Origin: an uncultured delta proteobacterium
Lineage (GTDB): Bacteria > Desulfobacterota > Binatia > Binatales > Binataceae
Direction: 5' to 3'
DNA length: 64,000 nt
NCBI GenBank assembly: GCA_963808235.1
Contig: CAWEEQ010000004.1
Span: 3,008,001-3,072,000 of the forward strand
A model generated the notes under the pieces. The model was not told the origin of the DNA and ran no database searches. It saw only the letters and a list, made by a program, of their open reading frames with translations. Of this stretch, positions 19,682 to 30,259 are shown piece after piece. Both the position numbers and the translations under genes were made by a program. Each line of letters begins with the position of its first letter. The stretch's first letter is position 1.

Positions 19682-20062
19682 ATGCCCGATAGGAGCACGA
19701 TGCCCGATACGATCGATCCCACGATCATAAGTTGCTACCACGCGCACATCTACTACGACGATTCCTCGCGAGAGACCGCCGCGCGTCTGCGCGAAGCCAT
19801 CGAGCGCAACTTCAAAGTCGAGATGGGCCGATGGCGCGACGAGCCAGTAGGCCCCCATCCGCAGTCGATGTACCAGGTGAAATTTAATCCGAGCGAATTC
19901 GCCAAAATTGTACCGTGGCTGATGCTGAATCGCACCGGCCTCAACATCCTCGTCCATCCCGAAACCACCGACGCCTACACCGACCATGCAATAAACGCAC
20001 TATGGTTAGGCGAAAAACTGAAGTTACGCCTCGACATCCTCCGCGGTCTGAAGAGCAGTTAG
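19682..20062 (+). CDS. DOPA 4,5-dioxygenase family protein
   Basis: YHAHIYY, PVGPHP, WLMLNR.GL.ILVHP, DH..ALWLG. Confidence 0.9.
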   Translation: MPDRSTMPDTIDPTIISCYHAHIYYDDSSRETAARLREAIERNFKVEMGRWRDEPVGPHPQSMYQVKFNPSEFAKIVPWLMLNRTGLNILVHPETTDAYTDHAINALWLGEKLKLRLDILRGLKSS

Positions 20063-20072
20063 AGCAGCAGTT

Positions 20073-21139
20073 ATGGCTACCACACCTTACACCAATCTCG
20101 CGCTAGCTAGCGCACTCGATCGCGGCGACACCCTCCCCGCCAATGGTATGTCGATTCCGAGATCTTCCGCGCCGAGAAGGAGCGCATCCTACATCGCTCA
20201 TGGCAATACGTGGGACACACCGGACAAGTAGCTAGCTCCGGCGATTTCTTCACGACCAGCCTGGGTGACAGCCCAATCGTGATCACCCGAAACAACGACG
20301 GCGCCCTTCGCGCATTCGCCAACGTATGCCGTCATCGCGGTAGCGAGGTCGTCCTCGAATGCTCGGGCAATCGCCAAACTCTCCAATGCCACTACCACGG
20401 ATGGACTTACAACCTTGAGGGTTCGTTGCGCACCGCGCCGCGCGAGAATGAGCAGAGCACTTTCGACAAGCAAGCGCTCTCACTCTTGCCGCTCGCGCTC
20501 GAGACCTGGGGACCGCTGATCTTCGTTAACCCTGCCCCCGACGCGAGTCCGTTGAGCACCATCATCGGCGAACTTCCGCAAATCTTCGCCGACGCTGGCG
20601 TCGATCTCGCCCAACTACGGATGCTTCGCCGCGACACTTACGAATTCGCCGCTAACTGGAAAATCGTCGTCGAGAATTTCAACGAATGCTATCACTGTCC
20701 GATCGCCCATCCGAAATTTTCCGAGGTGATCGACACCGAAAGCTATCGCGTCAATACCGATCACGAATACTTCTCGACCTACTACGGCCCCTCTATGCGT
20801 TCGCCTAAGCCGGGCGTCACTTACGCAACTCTGTGGCCCACCGCGATGTTCTCACTCTCGACGAATCCCGCGAGCATGCAGGTGATCTGCGCCATCCCAA
20901 TCGACGCGGAACACACCCGCCAGACCGTCGATTATTTTTTCGCCGAGAATCTAACCGACGAACAAATGCGCGCGAGCGTCGAATTCAGTGACCTCGTGAC
21001 GCGGGAAGACATCGTGCTCTGCGAATCCGTGCAGCGCGGACTCCGCTCCGGCGCGATCAAACACGGCCAGCTGATGCTCTCGCGCGAGCGCGGTATCCAG
21101 CACTTCCAGAAACTCGTCTACCGATTCCTGAGCGCCTAG
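20073..21139 (+). CDS. Rieske oxygenase alpha subunit; frameshift near 20142
   Basis: NVCRHRG...CHYHGW Rieske motif and NWK..ENFNECYHC..AH iron site; the N-terminus (ATG 20073) is in another frame. Confidence 0.9.
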
Positions 21140-21150
21140 ACTCCTCCGCG

Positions 21151-22326
21151 ATGCCGCTCACTCTCGACGACCTCCGCCGCTACGCTGTCGCCAATAGCCT
21201 CTTCAGTCCGACCACCCTCAAACGCGCCCTCCACAAGCTCGGCTTCGTGCAGGCCGATCCGATTCGCGCGCCGGCCCGCGCCCAGGACCTGATCCTGCGT
21301 CATCGCGTCCGCAACTATCGCGCCGGCGATCTCGAACGCCGCTACTCGAAGCTCGGCCTCGAGGAAGACTTCTTCATCAACTATGGCTTCGTGACGAGCT
21401 CCGTCCATGCGCTGATGCATCCGCGGCTCGCTGCGCTGCCCAGGCCCGGTGAGCAATACTCAAATCCATGGCGCTCGGCGCGTTGGCCGGCTGAAAAAAG
21501 AAAGCGCGCGGCGCAACTGCTCGAGTTCATACGCGCGCGCGGCTCAGTGCATCCGCGCGAGGTCGATCTGCATTTCGCGCACGGCTCAGTGCGCAACTAC
21601 TGGGGCGGCTCGTCCAACGCCACCACGCACCTGCTCGACAGCATGCACTACTGCGGGATTCTCCGCGTCGTCCGCCGCGCCGAAGGCATCCGCATCTACG
21701 CGGCACATCAGCATGGGCCCGCACCCGTCGACGACGTCGCACGCCGCGCACGAATCGACGCGCTGCTCGACGTTGCGATCCGCATCTACGCCCCGTTGCC
21801 CGACGCGGGCCTGAGGATCCTTGTGCGCCGGCTTCGTTATGGCGTGCCGCAATGGTACGACGAATTGAAGGGCTGTTTGAGCCGCGCGAAACAGCGCCTG
21901 TCGCACACCCGCATCGACAATGTCGAATGGTACTGGCCGGGAGGCGACAATCCTGCCCGCAGCGCGCCCGACGGTTCCGTCCGCCTGCTCACGCCCTTCG
22001 ATCCCATTGTGTGGGACCGCGACCGCTTCGAGCTCTTATGGGGATGGACCTACCGTTTCGAGGCCTACACGCCAGTGGCTAAGCGCATCCGCGGCTACTA
22101 CGCGCTGCCGATACTCTGGCGCGACCGCGTGATCGGATGGGCCAACGTGTCAGTCAAGAACGGCGAGCTCGAATCTGATTTCGGCTACGTCAAATCGCCG
22201 CCGCGCGATCGCGCCTTCAAGCGCGAACTCGCCGCCGAGCTGGATCGCATGCGCGCCTTCCTGGGCCTCGACACCTGCCCTACGCGCCGAACTGCTTCGA
22301 CACCGCCGCGAACGCATCCTGCGTGA
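21151..22326 (+). CDS. YcaQ/AlkZ-like winged-helix DNA glycosylase (crosslink repair)
   Basis: FVQADPI (QxD motif), LLTPFDP..WDR, YRFEAYTP..KR..GYYALP. Confidence 0.88.
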   Translation: MPLTLDDLRRYAVANSLFSPTTLKRALHKLGFVQADPIRAPARAQDLILRHRVRNYRAGDLERRYSKLGLEEDFFINYGFVTSSVHALMHPRLAALPRPGEQYSNPWRSARWPAEKRKRAAQLLEFIRARGSVHPREVDLHFAHGSVRNYWGGSSNATTHLLDSMHYCGILRVVRRAEGIRIYAAHQHGPAPVDDVARRARIDALLDVAIRIYAPLPDAGLRILVRRLRYGVPQWYDELKGCLSRAKQRLSHTRIDNVEWYWPGGDNPARSAPDGSVRLLTPFDPIVWDRDRFELLWGWTYRFEAYTPVAKRIRGYYALPILWRDRVIGWANVSVKNGELESDFGYVKSPPRDRAFKRELAAELDRMRAFLGLDTCPTRRTASTPPRTHPA

Positions 22327-23521
22327 CGTTCAGCGTCTGCTCGATATCGCGCTCGGTGTGCGCCGCCGAGATAAACCAGTTGTGCCGCGGATGGAAGTAC
22401 ACGCCCGCGCGCGCACACGCCCCGCAAAATACTCGGGCCCGATCGAAGTGGCCGGCATCCTGTTTGAAACTCATGTACGGCAGCGCCGGAGGCCCCGAGT
22501 AAGTCACCTCGAATCCCGCGCTATGCGCCTGCGCGAGCAGACCGGTCCGCAGCTTCTCTCCCATCGCGCGCATCCGCTCGATTCCGCCGCCTGCGGCCAG
22601 CTCCTTGATATTCGCGAGACTCGCCGCCATCGGCACCGCGCTGGTGAAGTACGAACCGGTGAAGAACACTTCCTGCGCCGCCTGCCGCAAACTGTCGCGC
22701 CCCATGCACGCCGACAGCGGATATCCGTTCGCGATCGCCTTGCAGTAGGTCGATAGATCCGGACGCACTCCGAACAGCTCGCCCGACCCGCCCATATGCA
22801 GACGAAAACCGGCGCGAACATCGTCGAGGATGAACACGATCCCGTTGTCGTCGCAGATTTTTCTGACCCCCGCGAAAAATCCTTCTACTGGCAGCTCGGA
22901 GTCGTGTCCCGCGTCGTGCTTGAACGGCGAGAGAATCACACCCGCGACCTTGCCCCGATTCTGCTCGATCGCATGCCGCAGGCTCTCGAGATCGTTGAAG
23001 TGAAAGTAAACGATATTCGCGCGATCCTCAGGCGTCGTCCCGCCGGGTAGCGGAGTGCACCACGCATGCGCGCCATGATACGCGCCCTGGCACATCGCGA
23101 TCTTCGGACGCCCCGTCGCCTGCCGCGCGACCTCCGTCGCCCACGTGCATACGTCGGAGCCGTTCTTCGCGAACACCGCCCAATCCGCAAACGGCGTTAT
23201 CGATACCAGCTGCTCCGCGAGCTCCACCCACAGCGGCCCCGGCGCGTTGAAGCAGTTGCCGAGCTCCGCCTGTCCGCGCGCCGCCTCTTCGACCTTGGGA
23301 TGCCGATGCCCGAGCACGATCGGCCCGTACGAGCACATGTAATCGATATACTCGTTGCCATCGACGTCCCAGATGTGCGAGCCCTCGCCGCGCGCGAAAA
23401 ACGAAGGGTATGCACCTCGCGTCAGGAGCAGTGGCGTCTGATGCCCATAGATTCCGCCCGGAATAACTTTCTTGGCGCGATTCATCAGCGCTTCGCTCTG
23501 TTCAAATGTGTAAGGTTTCAC
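22280..23521 (-). CDS. Class III PLP aminotransferase (GSA-aminomutase-like)
   Basis: WDVDGNEYID, YHG, DDVRAGFR, DLSTYCKAIANG; GTG start at 23521 after GGGAG. Confidence 0.88.
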   Translation of the reverse strand: MKPYTFEQSEALMNRAKKVIPGGIYGHQTPLLLTRGAYPSFFARGEGSHIWDVDGNEYIDYMCSYGPIVLGHRHPKVEEAARGQAELGNCFNAPGPLWVELAEQLVSITPFADWAVFAKNGSDVCTWATEVARQATGRPKIAMCQGAYHGAHAWCTPLPGGTTPEDRANIVYFHFNDLESLRHAIEQNRGKVAGVILSPFKHDAGHDSELPVEGFFAGVRKICDDNGIVFILDDVRAGFRLHMGGSGELFGVRPDLSTYCKAIANGYPLSACMGRDSLRQAAQEVFFTGSYFTSAVPMAASLANIKELAAGGGIERMRAMGEKLRTGLLAQAHSAGFEVTYSGPPALPYMSFKQDAGHFDRARVFCGACARAGVYFHPRHNWFISAAHTERDIEQTLNVTQDAFAAVSKQFGA

Positions 23522-23732
23522 GGCAACTCCCTCGCCCGAACGCAATCGAGGATGCGTCAGGCAAACGCCAGTCTATATCGATGTCAGTGACCGAGAATCC
23601 TATTTTGCGGGGACGAGCGTCAAGCAGGGCAAGTTGGAGACAGATACAAGCGGAGACTATCTGAAAGGTTACGCGCCGGACCCAAGAACTCGAGCCCACA
23701 CCACCTCCCAACTCACTTGGGTCCGGCGCGTT

Positions 23733-24203
23733 TTAGTGACGATAGGAAGTATCGATCGGGCGCTGCGAAACCGGCAGCGCGCCCACCCGCACCAACTCGT
23801 CGCGCAATTTCGCCCGCGACAGCGGCTTGCATAACACCGCCGACGCACCAAGCTCGTAGCTCTCCGCGATATCGCGATCGTAGAGCGAGCTCGTAATCAC
23901 AAACATCGGCACCGACACCAGCGCCTCGTTGGCGCGCGCCGCCTGCAGTACCGAGAATCCACCGTTGTCGGGCAATCGCAAATCTACCAGGAAAAGATCA
24001 GGCCGATCATGCTCGGTAAACTGCGTGATCATCAGCAACGCCTCGTCGGCATTCTGCGCATGCACCAATTCAATCTCGTCGCCGAGCACTTGCTTCACGA
24101 CCGTCAACGCGATGAAGACGTGGTCGGGATTATCCTCGACCAGAAAAATTCTGACCGCTTGGATCATCTGAGTCGGCTCTTTCTGTTCGCTTTCGTCCTT
24201 CAT
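23733..24203 (-). CDS. Single-domain response regulator (receiver only)
   Basis: LVEDN, PDLFLVDLRLP, TSS, KP motifs. Confidence 0.88.
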   Translation of the reverse strand: MKDESEQKEPTQMIQAVRIFLVEDNPDHVFIALTVVKQVLGDEIELVHAQNADEALLMITQFTEHDRPDLFLVDLRLPDNGGFSVLQAARANEALVSVPMFVITSSLYDRDIAESYELGASAVLCKPLSRAKLRDELVRVGALPVSQRPIDTSYRH

Positions 24204-24304
24204 AGTCCCCCTTCACCTGACGATATCCGTGGCTACCGGTTCCGAAAAACGTATCCCAACGATGCCTGGACTAGCCGGGTGAATCCTCCCCCGATTCCTC
24301 TTTA

Positions 24305-24320
24305 TCCAATTGCCGTGCCA
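24305..24320 (-). promoter_or_regulatory. Possible sigma54 promoter (imperfect -12)
   Basis: Minus strand TGGCAC-GGCAA-TTGGA about 100 nt upstream of the receiver gene; GC at -12 replaced by GG. Confidence 0.4.
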
Positions 24321-24626
24321 TTTGTACCGTTAAGGTTCCTCTGGTGACAAGACGAGAGATGGTATGCCTAATCGTCGTAAGATATCCCGAGTGCCGTCGA
24401 GACCTCTGATGACCTGTCAATCGCCGATTTTGACGTTGAACACCGCTCCAATATCGCGCTGCCTCACCTTCGCCCCGAATCCTCAGCCTTCCGAAGTGGC
24501 AATCTTGCTACACTCGTTGCGCAGAATGTGCCATCCAGATACATACTCACCGATACGAACAGTTTGATTGCTACTGCCGAACCGACGACCACTCGCGCCG
24601 TTTCGCAGGCAGAAAGGATCTCACTC

Positions 24627-26411
24627 TTGGGAATCTTGGCGAGCGTTCTCGATTCGAAATTCTTCAAGCACCCGCTCCTCAGTAGGTACACGGCGCTCGT
24701 CAATGAAGACCTGAGCGCTACCTACTCCCGCGACATCCAGAAATGGCTCCTCGTTGCCCCTATCATCGGGATCCTCACCGGCCTCATCACCGCCGGAATC
24801 GCCGTCCTGATCCTCCAGGTAATCTGGGCGGCCCTACTTCCGTACTATCTTGCGCATCATTGGGCAATCGTGGTCGGCGTCGTCGCGGGCTTCTTCGTCA
24901 CCGGGTTGATCATGCAATTCTGCACTGCCGATCCGGACGAGCACTCGACCGAGGAGATCGTCCGCTCCTACCACGAACATCAGGGCGACATCGACATCCA
25001 TCCGTTCTGGTGGAAGTTGCTCGCCGCCATCACCACCGTTGGCTCAGGCGGAAGCGCCGCCCTTGAGGGCCCCGCCATCTACAGCGGTGGCGCGATCGGA
25101 TCCTGGCTATGGACCCGGCTGCGCCGCTTCGGACTCGCCGCGCGCGATCGACGCATCATGCTGATCAGCGGCGCCGCCGCCGGGATGTCCGCGGTCTTCC
25201 GCGCTCCCCTTACCGGCATCGTGTTCGCCCTCGAGATGCCGTACAAAGACGACCTCGCCCACGAGGCGCTGCTCCCATCGCTGATCGCGTCGGTGGTCGC
25301 TTACGCAACCCTGGTGAGCGTCGTCGGCGCGGAGCCGCTGTTCGGTTTCGCCGGCAGCACCACCTTCAGGACCGTCGACGTCGCATGGTCGGCGCTGCTC
25401 GGCGCGGGAATCGGCCTCATCGCGATCGTCTTCGACATCACGTTTCGCCGCGTGCGCACTTTTTTCGTGACCCTGCGGATACCCCATACCCTGAAGCTCA
25501 CCATCGGAGGACTCGGCACCGCGCTATGCGGCCTGCTATTCGTCTCCATCTACGACGGCTCGTTGATTCCGATCGGCCCGAACTACGAGGCGGTGCGCTA
25601 TGTGCTCCGCCATCCGATACCCACCGAGATCCTGCTCGTATTCGCCGCGCTGAAACTGATTGCCACCATTTTCTCACTCGGCTCCGGCGGTGTCAGCGCG
25701 ATGTTCGTCCCCTTGCTCCTGGTCGGCGGATCGATCGGCAACGCATACGCGCAATCCGTCGTCCACGCCCCGACCCATGACTTGTACGCCGCGGTCGGGA
25801 TGGCCGCGTTTATCGCCGCGGGCTACAAGACCCCGCTTACCGCCGTCGTATTCGTCGCCGAGACTACCGGCGGCCATTCGTACATCATCCCGAGTTTGAT
25901 CGGCGCCGCAGTCGCCTACGCAATTTCCGGCGAGGCGTCAGTTTCCGGCGATCAGCATCTTCACGAAACCGCTAAGCTTGCCGATCTCTCCGGGATGACC
26001 GTGCGGGAGGTGATGCGAAAGCACGTCATTTCAGTGCAGGCGGCCACCACGATTCGCGAATTCGTGGCGAGCGTCGCGGTGCATCACCGGCATACTATCT
26101 TTCCGGTCTACGACGGCGACAAAGTTGCCGGAACGATCGAGGTGGCAGATCTAAGCCAGGTCGCACCCGACAATTGGGACACCACCACCGTCGGCAAGGT
26201 GACCGATCGCGGCGCCACCCGGGTCACCGACGACTGCGATCTGAGCGAGGCGCTCAGGTTGCTGGTGCGCGAGGGCGGCAAGCAGATGCTCCTGGTGACC
26301 GGCGATGGCGATGCGCTCGAGGGAATCGTAACCAAAACCGACATCCTGCGCGCCGTCAAACTGGCAGCAGAGTTGCCGGAGGTCGTCGAAGGACGCATCA
26401 CCCGCACCTGA
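24627..26411 (+). CDS. CLC chloride channel family protein with CBS domains
   Basis: GGSAALEGP, GAAAGMSAVFRAPLTG..FALE, PLTAVVFVAE and a C-terminal CBS pair; TTG start chosen from the AAGGA RBS. Confidence 0.9.
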   Translation: MGILASVLDSKFFKHPLLSRYTALVNEDLSATYSRDIQKWLLVAPIIGILTGLITAGIAVLILQVIWAALLPYYLAHHWAIVVGVVAGFFVTGLIMQFCTADPDEHSTEEIVRSYHEHQGDIDIHPFWWKLLAAITTVGSGGSAALEGPAIYSGGAIGSWLWTRLRRFGLAARDRRIMLISGAAAGMSAVFRAPLTGIVFALEMPYKDDLAHEALLPSLIASVVAYATLVSVVGAEPLFGFAGSTTFRTVDVAWSALLGAGIGLIAIVFDITFRRVRTFFVTLRIPHTLKLTIGGLGTALCGLLFVSIYDGSLIPIGPNYEAVRYVLRHPIPTEILLVFAALKLIATIFSLGSGGVSAMFVPLLLVGGSIGNAYAQSVVHAPTHDLYAAVGMAAFIAAGYKTPLTAVVFVAETTGGHSYIIPSLIGAAVAYAISGEASVSGDQHLHETAKLADLSGMTVREVMRKHVISVQAATTIREFVASVAVHHRHTIFPVYDGDKVAGTIEVADLSQVAPDNWDTTTVGKVTDRGATRVTDDCDLSEALRLLVREGGKQMLLVTGDGDALEGIVTKTDILRAVKLAAELPEVVEGRITRT

Positions 26412-26460
26412 CTTGAATCGCGCCGTGCCCGTATCTTGTTCCTCACGGCGCGCAATCTGC

Positions 26461-27516
26461 CTACCTGAACCTCGGCATCACCCGCTCCGCAAACTGCCGC
26501 ATCGAGTCCAGCACCTCGCGATGCCCACTCAAGCCGCCCGTCTCGAACCAGCACACCAGCCGCGAAAATTGGAACTGCTCTTTCAGTTGCGCGATCCGAT
26601 CGATGCAATATTCCGCATCGCCGAAAATCCCCATCATCGAATCGACGGTTGGATACTCAATCGTGCGCAAGCGCTCGCGCACCTTCTGGAATTCCGCCTG
26701 ATGCCCCCGCGCGAGACTCTCCGGCTCCACGATCTCGCCGACCGCGTCGAAGTAGTTGCGCAGGCTCGCCTCGATCGTCGCTCGCACTTGCGCGCGGTCG
26801 CGCCCGACAAACACCATCAGCGCCGCCGCCAGCCAATCGTCGGGCCGCTCATGCCCCGCATCTTTCAGCGCACTCTCGTAAATCTTCAGCCGCTCGGCCA
26901 GCACCGGAATCGGATTCACCGGTCCTCCGGCGAAAATCGGATAACCGTTCCGCCCCGCAAAGGTAAACGTGTCCGCACTGTTGGCCGCCAGCCGAATCGG
27001 CGGATGAGGTATCTGGATCGGCTTCGGCACCACCTCGACGCTATGCGCACCGCCGCCCGCGCCGGAACCTGCGGGAAGCGTGATGCGCTTTTGCGTCCAC
27101 GCCGCCTTGATAGCATCGAGTCCATTCTGAAATAGCTCGCGGCTGTCCGCCATCTCCACGCCATAACCGCGATAGTTCAGCGGGAACGCGCCGCGGCCCG
27201 CGCCGAACTCGACCCGCCCTCCGGACAGCACGTCGAGCGTCGCAACTTCCTCGGCGAGGCGCACCGGATGATGCAACGGCATCAGGTTAACCGCCATCCC
27301 GAGCCGAATTCGCGTCGTGCGCTCCGCAATCGCCGCAAGCAGCATCAACGGCGTAGGCATCACCGAAAAGCGCGGCGCAAAATGCACCTCCGCCAGCCAC
27401 ACCGTATCGAACCCAAGCACATCAGCCTCCGCCGCCTCCGCGATCAACTCGCGATACCGCTGATGCGTGTTCTGCGTAACCGCCTCCGGGAGTTGATAGA
27501 AGATGTCGAACTTCAT
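26461..27516 (-). CDS. LLM-class flavin-dependent oxidoreductase
   Basis: WLAEVHF, HPVRLAEEVATLDVLSGGRVEFGAGRG. Confidence 0.92.
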   Translation of the reverse strand: MKFDIFYQLPEAVTQNTHQRYRELIAEAAEADVLGFDTVWLAEVHFAPRFSVMPTPLMLLAAIAERTTRIRLGMAVNLMPLHHPVRLAEEVATLDVLSGGRVEFGAGRGAFPLNYRGYGVEMADSRELFQNGLDAIKAAWTQKRITLPAGSGAGGGAHSVEVVPKPIQIPHPPIRLAANSADTFTFAGRNGYPIFAGGPVNPIPVLAERLKIYESALKDAGHERPDDWLAAALMVFVGRDRAQVRATIEASLRNYFDAVGEIVEPESLARGHQAEFQKVRERLRTIEYPTVDSMMGIFGDAEYCIDRIAQLKEQFQFSRLVCWFETGGLSGHREVLDSMRQFAERVMPRFR

Positions 27517-27522
27517 CGCTAC

Positions 27523-28629
27523 TCAATAATCCCCCAACACAGCCACGCGCTCGCGATGAAACCCCGGCGATCCAAAATACGACTCGTTGAAGCGCGCCCG
27601 TTTGAACCACAGATGCATATCGTGCTCCCACGTGAACCCAATCCCGCCATGCATCAGCACCGCGCGATCGGTACCGCGACTGTAGATCTCGCACAGCCGC
27701 GCCTTCGCCATCGAGGCCTCGCGCGAGCACTTCCCGTCCGCGCGATAAGCCGCGTACCACAAAAGCGCGCGCGCCGGCTCGAGGTCCGCGACGATCTCCG
27801 CCGCCGCATGCTTCAGCGCCTGGAACGATCCGATCGGCTTGCCGAACTGCTCGCGCACTTTTGAATATTCCACCGCCATCTCGAGTGCGCGCTCAGTGCC
27901 TCCGAGCGAGTCGGCCGCAATAGCAATCGCGCCGACGTCGATCAGTTTCGCGAAGAGATCGCTCCCGCCGCGAAGCAACTCCGCCGGAGCACCTTTCAAT
28001 TCAACGCTCGATATCCGCCGCGTAAGATCGAGATTCTTGAGCGCACGGACCGTCACTCCCGGCGCTTTCGCATCGACGACATACAGAGCAATTTCACCAA
28101 CATCATTTTTGACGACGACGACAATAAAATCGGCAACGTTCGCATACGGCACGAACATCTTGATGCCATCAAGATGAACCAGCCGCCACCCCGTGCCAGT
28201 TTTCTTCGCAACTCCCGCGATATCCGCGGGATCGATACTTCCGGCGCTCTCGACCACCGCAACCGTGCCGATTACCTTTCCCTCCGCGAGCGGAGCGAGC
28301 CATTTCGCATTGAGCTCTTTCGATCCGCCAAGTTTGAGCGCCATTGCCGCCAGCACCGACGAAAATAAAAACGGCCCCGGCATCGCAGCGTAGCCGCCCT
28401 CTTCGAGGATCATCGCCATATCAAGCATCCCGAGCCCCGCACCGCCGAACTCCTCGGGCACAATCAATCCACTCCAACCCAGCTTGGCGATTTGTCCGTA
28501 AAGCTCGCGCGGATACCCGTCGTCGCTAGCCATGATCTTTCTCACGACCTGCGTCGAACATTCCCCATTAAGAAACGCCCGCGCACTTTCCTTGAGCTGA
28601 TGCTGCTCGTCGCTAAGTCCAAAATCCAT
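27523..28629 (-). CDS. Acyl-CoA dehydrogenase family (FadE partner type)
   Basis: REQFGKPIGSFQALKH, HGGIGFTWEH. Confidence 0.92.
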   Translation of the reverse strand: MDFGLSDEQHQLKESARAFLNGECSTQVVRKIMASDDGYPRELYGQIAKLGWSGLIVPEEFGGAGLGMLDMAMILEEGGYAAMPGPFLFSSVLAAMALKLGGSKELNAKWLAPLAEGKVIGTVAVVESAGSIDPADIAGVAKKTGTGWRLVHLDGIKMFVPYANVADFIVVVVKNDVGEIALYVVDAKAPGVTVRALKNLDLTRRISSVELKGAPAELLRGGSDLFAKLIDVGAIAIAADSLGGTERALEMAVEYSKVREQFGKPIGSFQALKHAAAEIVADLEPARALLWYAAYRADGKCSREASMAKARLCEIYSRGTDRAVLMHGGIGFTWEHDMHLWFKRARFNESYFGSPGFHRERVAVLGDY

Positions 28630-28643
28630 GCTTCGTATTCTCC

Positions 28644-28972
28644 GTCCTAAGTCCTAAGTCCCCTCTCCTTGTCCAAGGAGAGGGTTAGGGAGAGGTCTCA
28701 CGCCCAATGCCACACCTAGCCTCGATATCTACACCAGCGAGCAAGCGTAGATGCGACCTCCCGCGTTGCACCTCACCCGCGCTCGCTTCGTTCCTCACTC
28801 GCGCGACCTCTCCTCGGACAAGGAGAGGTGAAGACCCCCGCACCCAACGCAGAACAATCCTCTCCTCACTATCAATTTCTAACAGGCGCTCCGCGCCGCA
28901 TCTTTCTTATTCTCACTAGGTGCAGGGGTCACCCCTGCCGAAGGAAGTGTGAAACCCACCGCGGGTTTCACA
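28644..28972. repeat. Cluster of REP-like palindromes between the two acyl-CoA dehydrogenase genes
   Basis: gtcctaa x2; ccctctccttgtccaaggagaggg; cctctcctcggacaaggagagg; ttctaacaggcgctccgcgccgcatc (inverted copy of the 30.3-30.8 kb unit); gcaggggtcacccctgc; gtgaaaccc..gggtttcac. Confidence 0.75.
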
Positions 28973-29008
28973 TTAAATAAAGTGATTTCCCCTTCCCACT
29001 CTCCCTCT

Positions 29009-30195
29009 CTATCTCGACTTCGGCATCTTCAGCCCGCGCTCTGCGATTATGTTTTTCTGGATATGCGACGTGCCGCCGCCGATCACCAGCCCGAGCGAGA
29101 ACATCCATTCGTATGGCCAGTACGCATGGTCCAGCGCCGATTCCTCGTCGCGCGCGAGCATCGCGTAGTCGCCCATCGCGTCCATCGCCGCCGTCGCGAG
29201 ATCGTGGTTCAGCTCGGTGCCGACCAGCTTGTTGATCATCGCCTCGATCCCCGGATTCCTGCCGCGAATCTGATCGGTAAGCTGACGCAGCGAATGCAAC
29301 CGCATCGCTTCGACGCGCGTCTCCAGCTCCACCAGCCGATTCCGGAAGACCGGGTCTTTGGTGAGCGGTATGCCGCCGCGCTTGATCGATTTGGCCAGCG
29401 CGAGCAGCCGATTAAAGCGTTGCTCGCTGCCGCTGGCGGAGCCGAGCATATTGCGCTCGTGAAAAAGGGTGGCGTTGGCGACGATCCATCCTTCGTTGAG
29501 CTTGGCGACCAGGTTTTTGCGCGGCACCCGGACGTTGTCGAAGAAGACTTCGTTGAATCCCTTGTCGCCGGTCATCTGCACCAGCGGACGGACGGTGATT
29601 CCCGGCGAATGCATATCGATCAGGATGTACGAGATCCCCCGATGCTTCGGCGCTTCGGGATCCGTCCTCACCAAACAGAACATCATGTCCGCGTATTGCG
29701 CGCCGGAGGTCCACACTTTCTGTCCGTTGACGACGAACTCGTCGCCGACGATTTCCGCGCGCGTTTTTAGCGACGCGAGGTCGGAGCCTGCGCCGGGCTC
29801 CGAGTATCCCTGGCACCAGATTTCCTCGGCGGTGAGAATTTTCGGCAGGTAGCGTTTTTTCTGTTCCTCGTCGCCCCACGAGATCAGCGTCGGCCCGAGC
29901 ATCCCGAGCCCCGACCCGCCAACCAGGTACGGCGCCTTGGCCCGCACCAATTCATCATTGACGATCGACTGCCGAACCGGATCCAACTCCTGCCCGCCAT
30001 ATTCTTTCGGCCATGCGAGCGCGACATACCCGGCCTCGTACAATTTCCGCTGCCAAGCTTTGGCCTTCGCGAGCCACTCCTTATCTTCCCGCCCCTCCCG
30101 CCCCGCCGCGAGATCACCCTGAGGCATATTCGCGTCAAGCCACGCCGAACCGAAAGCCGAAACTCTTCTTCTTCAGAATTAAATTGAAGGTCCAT
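29009..30195 (-). CDS. Acyl-CoA dehydrogenase; frameshift near 30140
   Basis: WCQGYSEPGAGSDLASL, NGQKVWTS, FNEVFFDNVRVP, IGGGTSHIQKNII; the MDLQFN N-terminus is in another frame. Confidence 0.92.
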
Positions 30196-30259
30196 AAATG
30201 ATACGCCAGCATAGTCAAAACCGCCCCACCACGAAAAGCGATGCCGGCGCGGCAGAAAA

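Noticed and set aside
24355-24420. Fluoride riboswitch-like words (GAGATGGTATGCCT...CTGATGA) upstream of the CLC gene
   Set aside because: The P1 stem and pseudoknot pairings cannot be formed, and the CLC lacks CLC-F motifs. A search with the Rfam fluoride (crcB) model would settle it.
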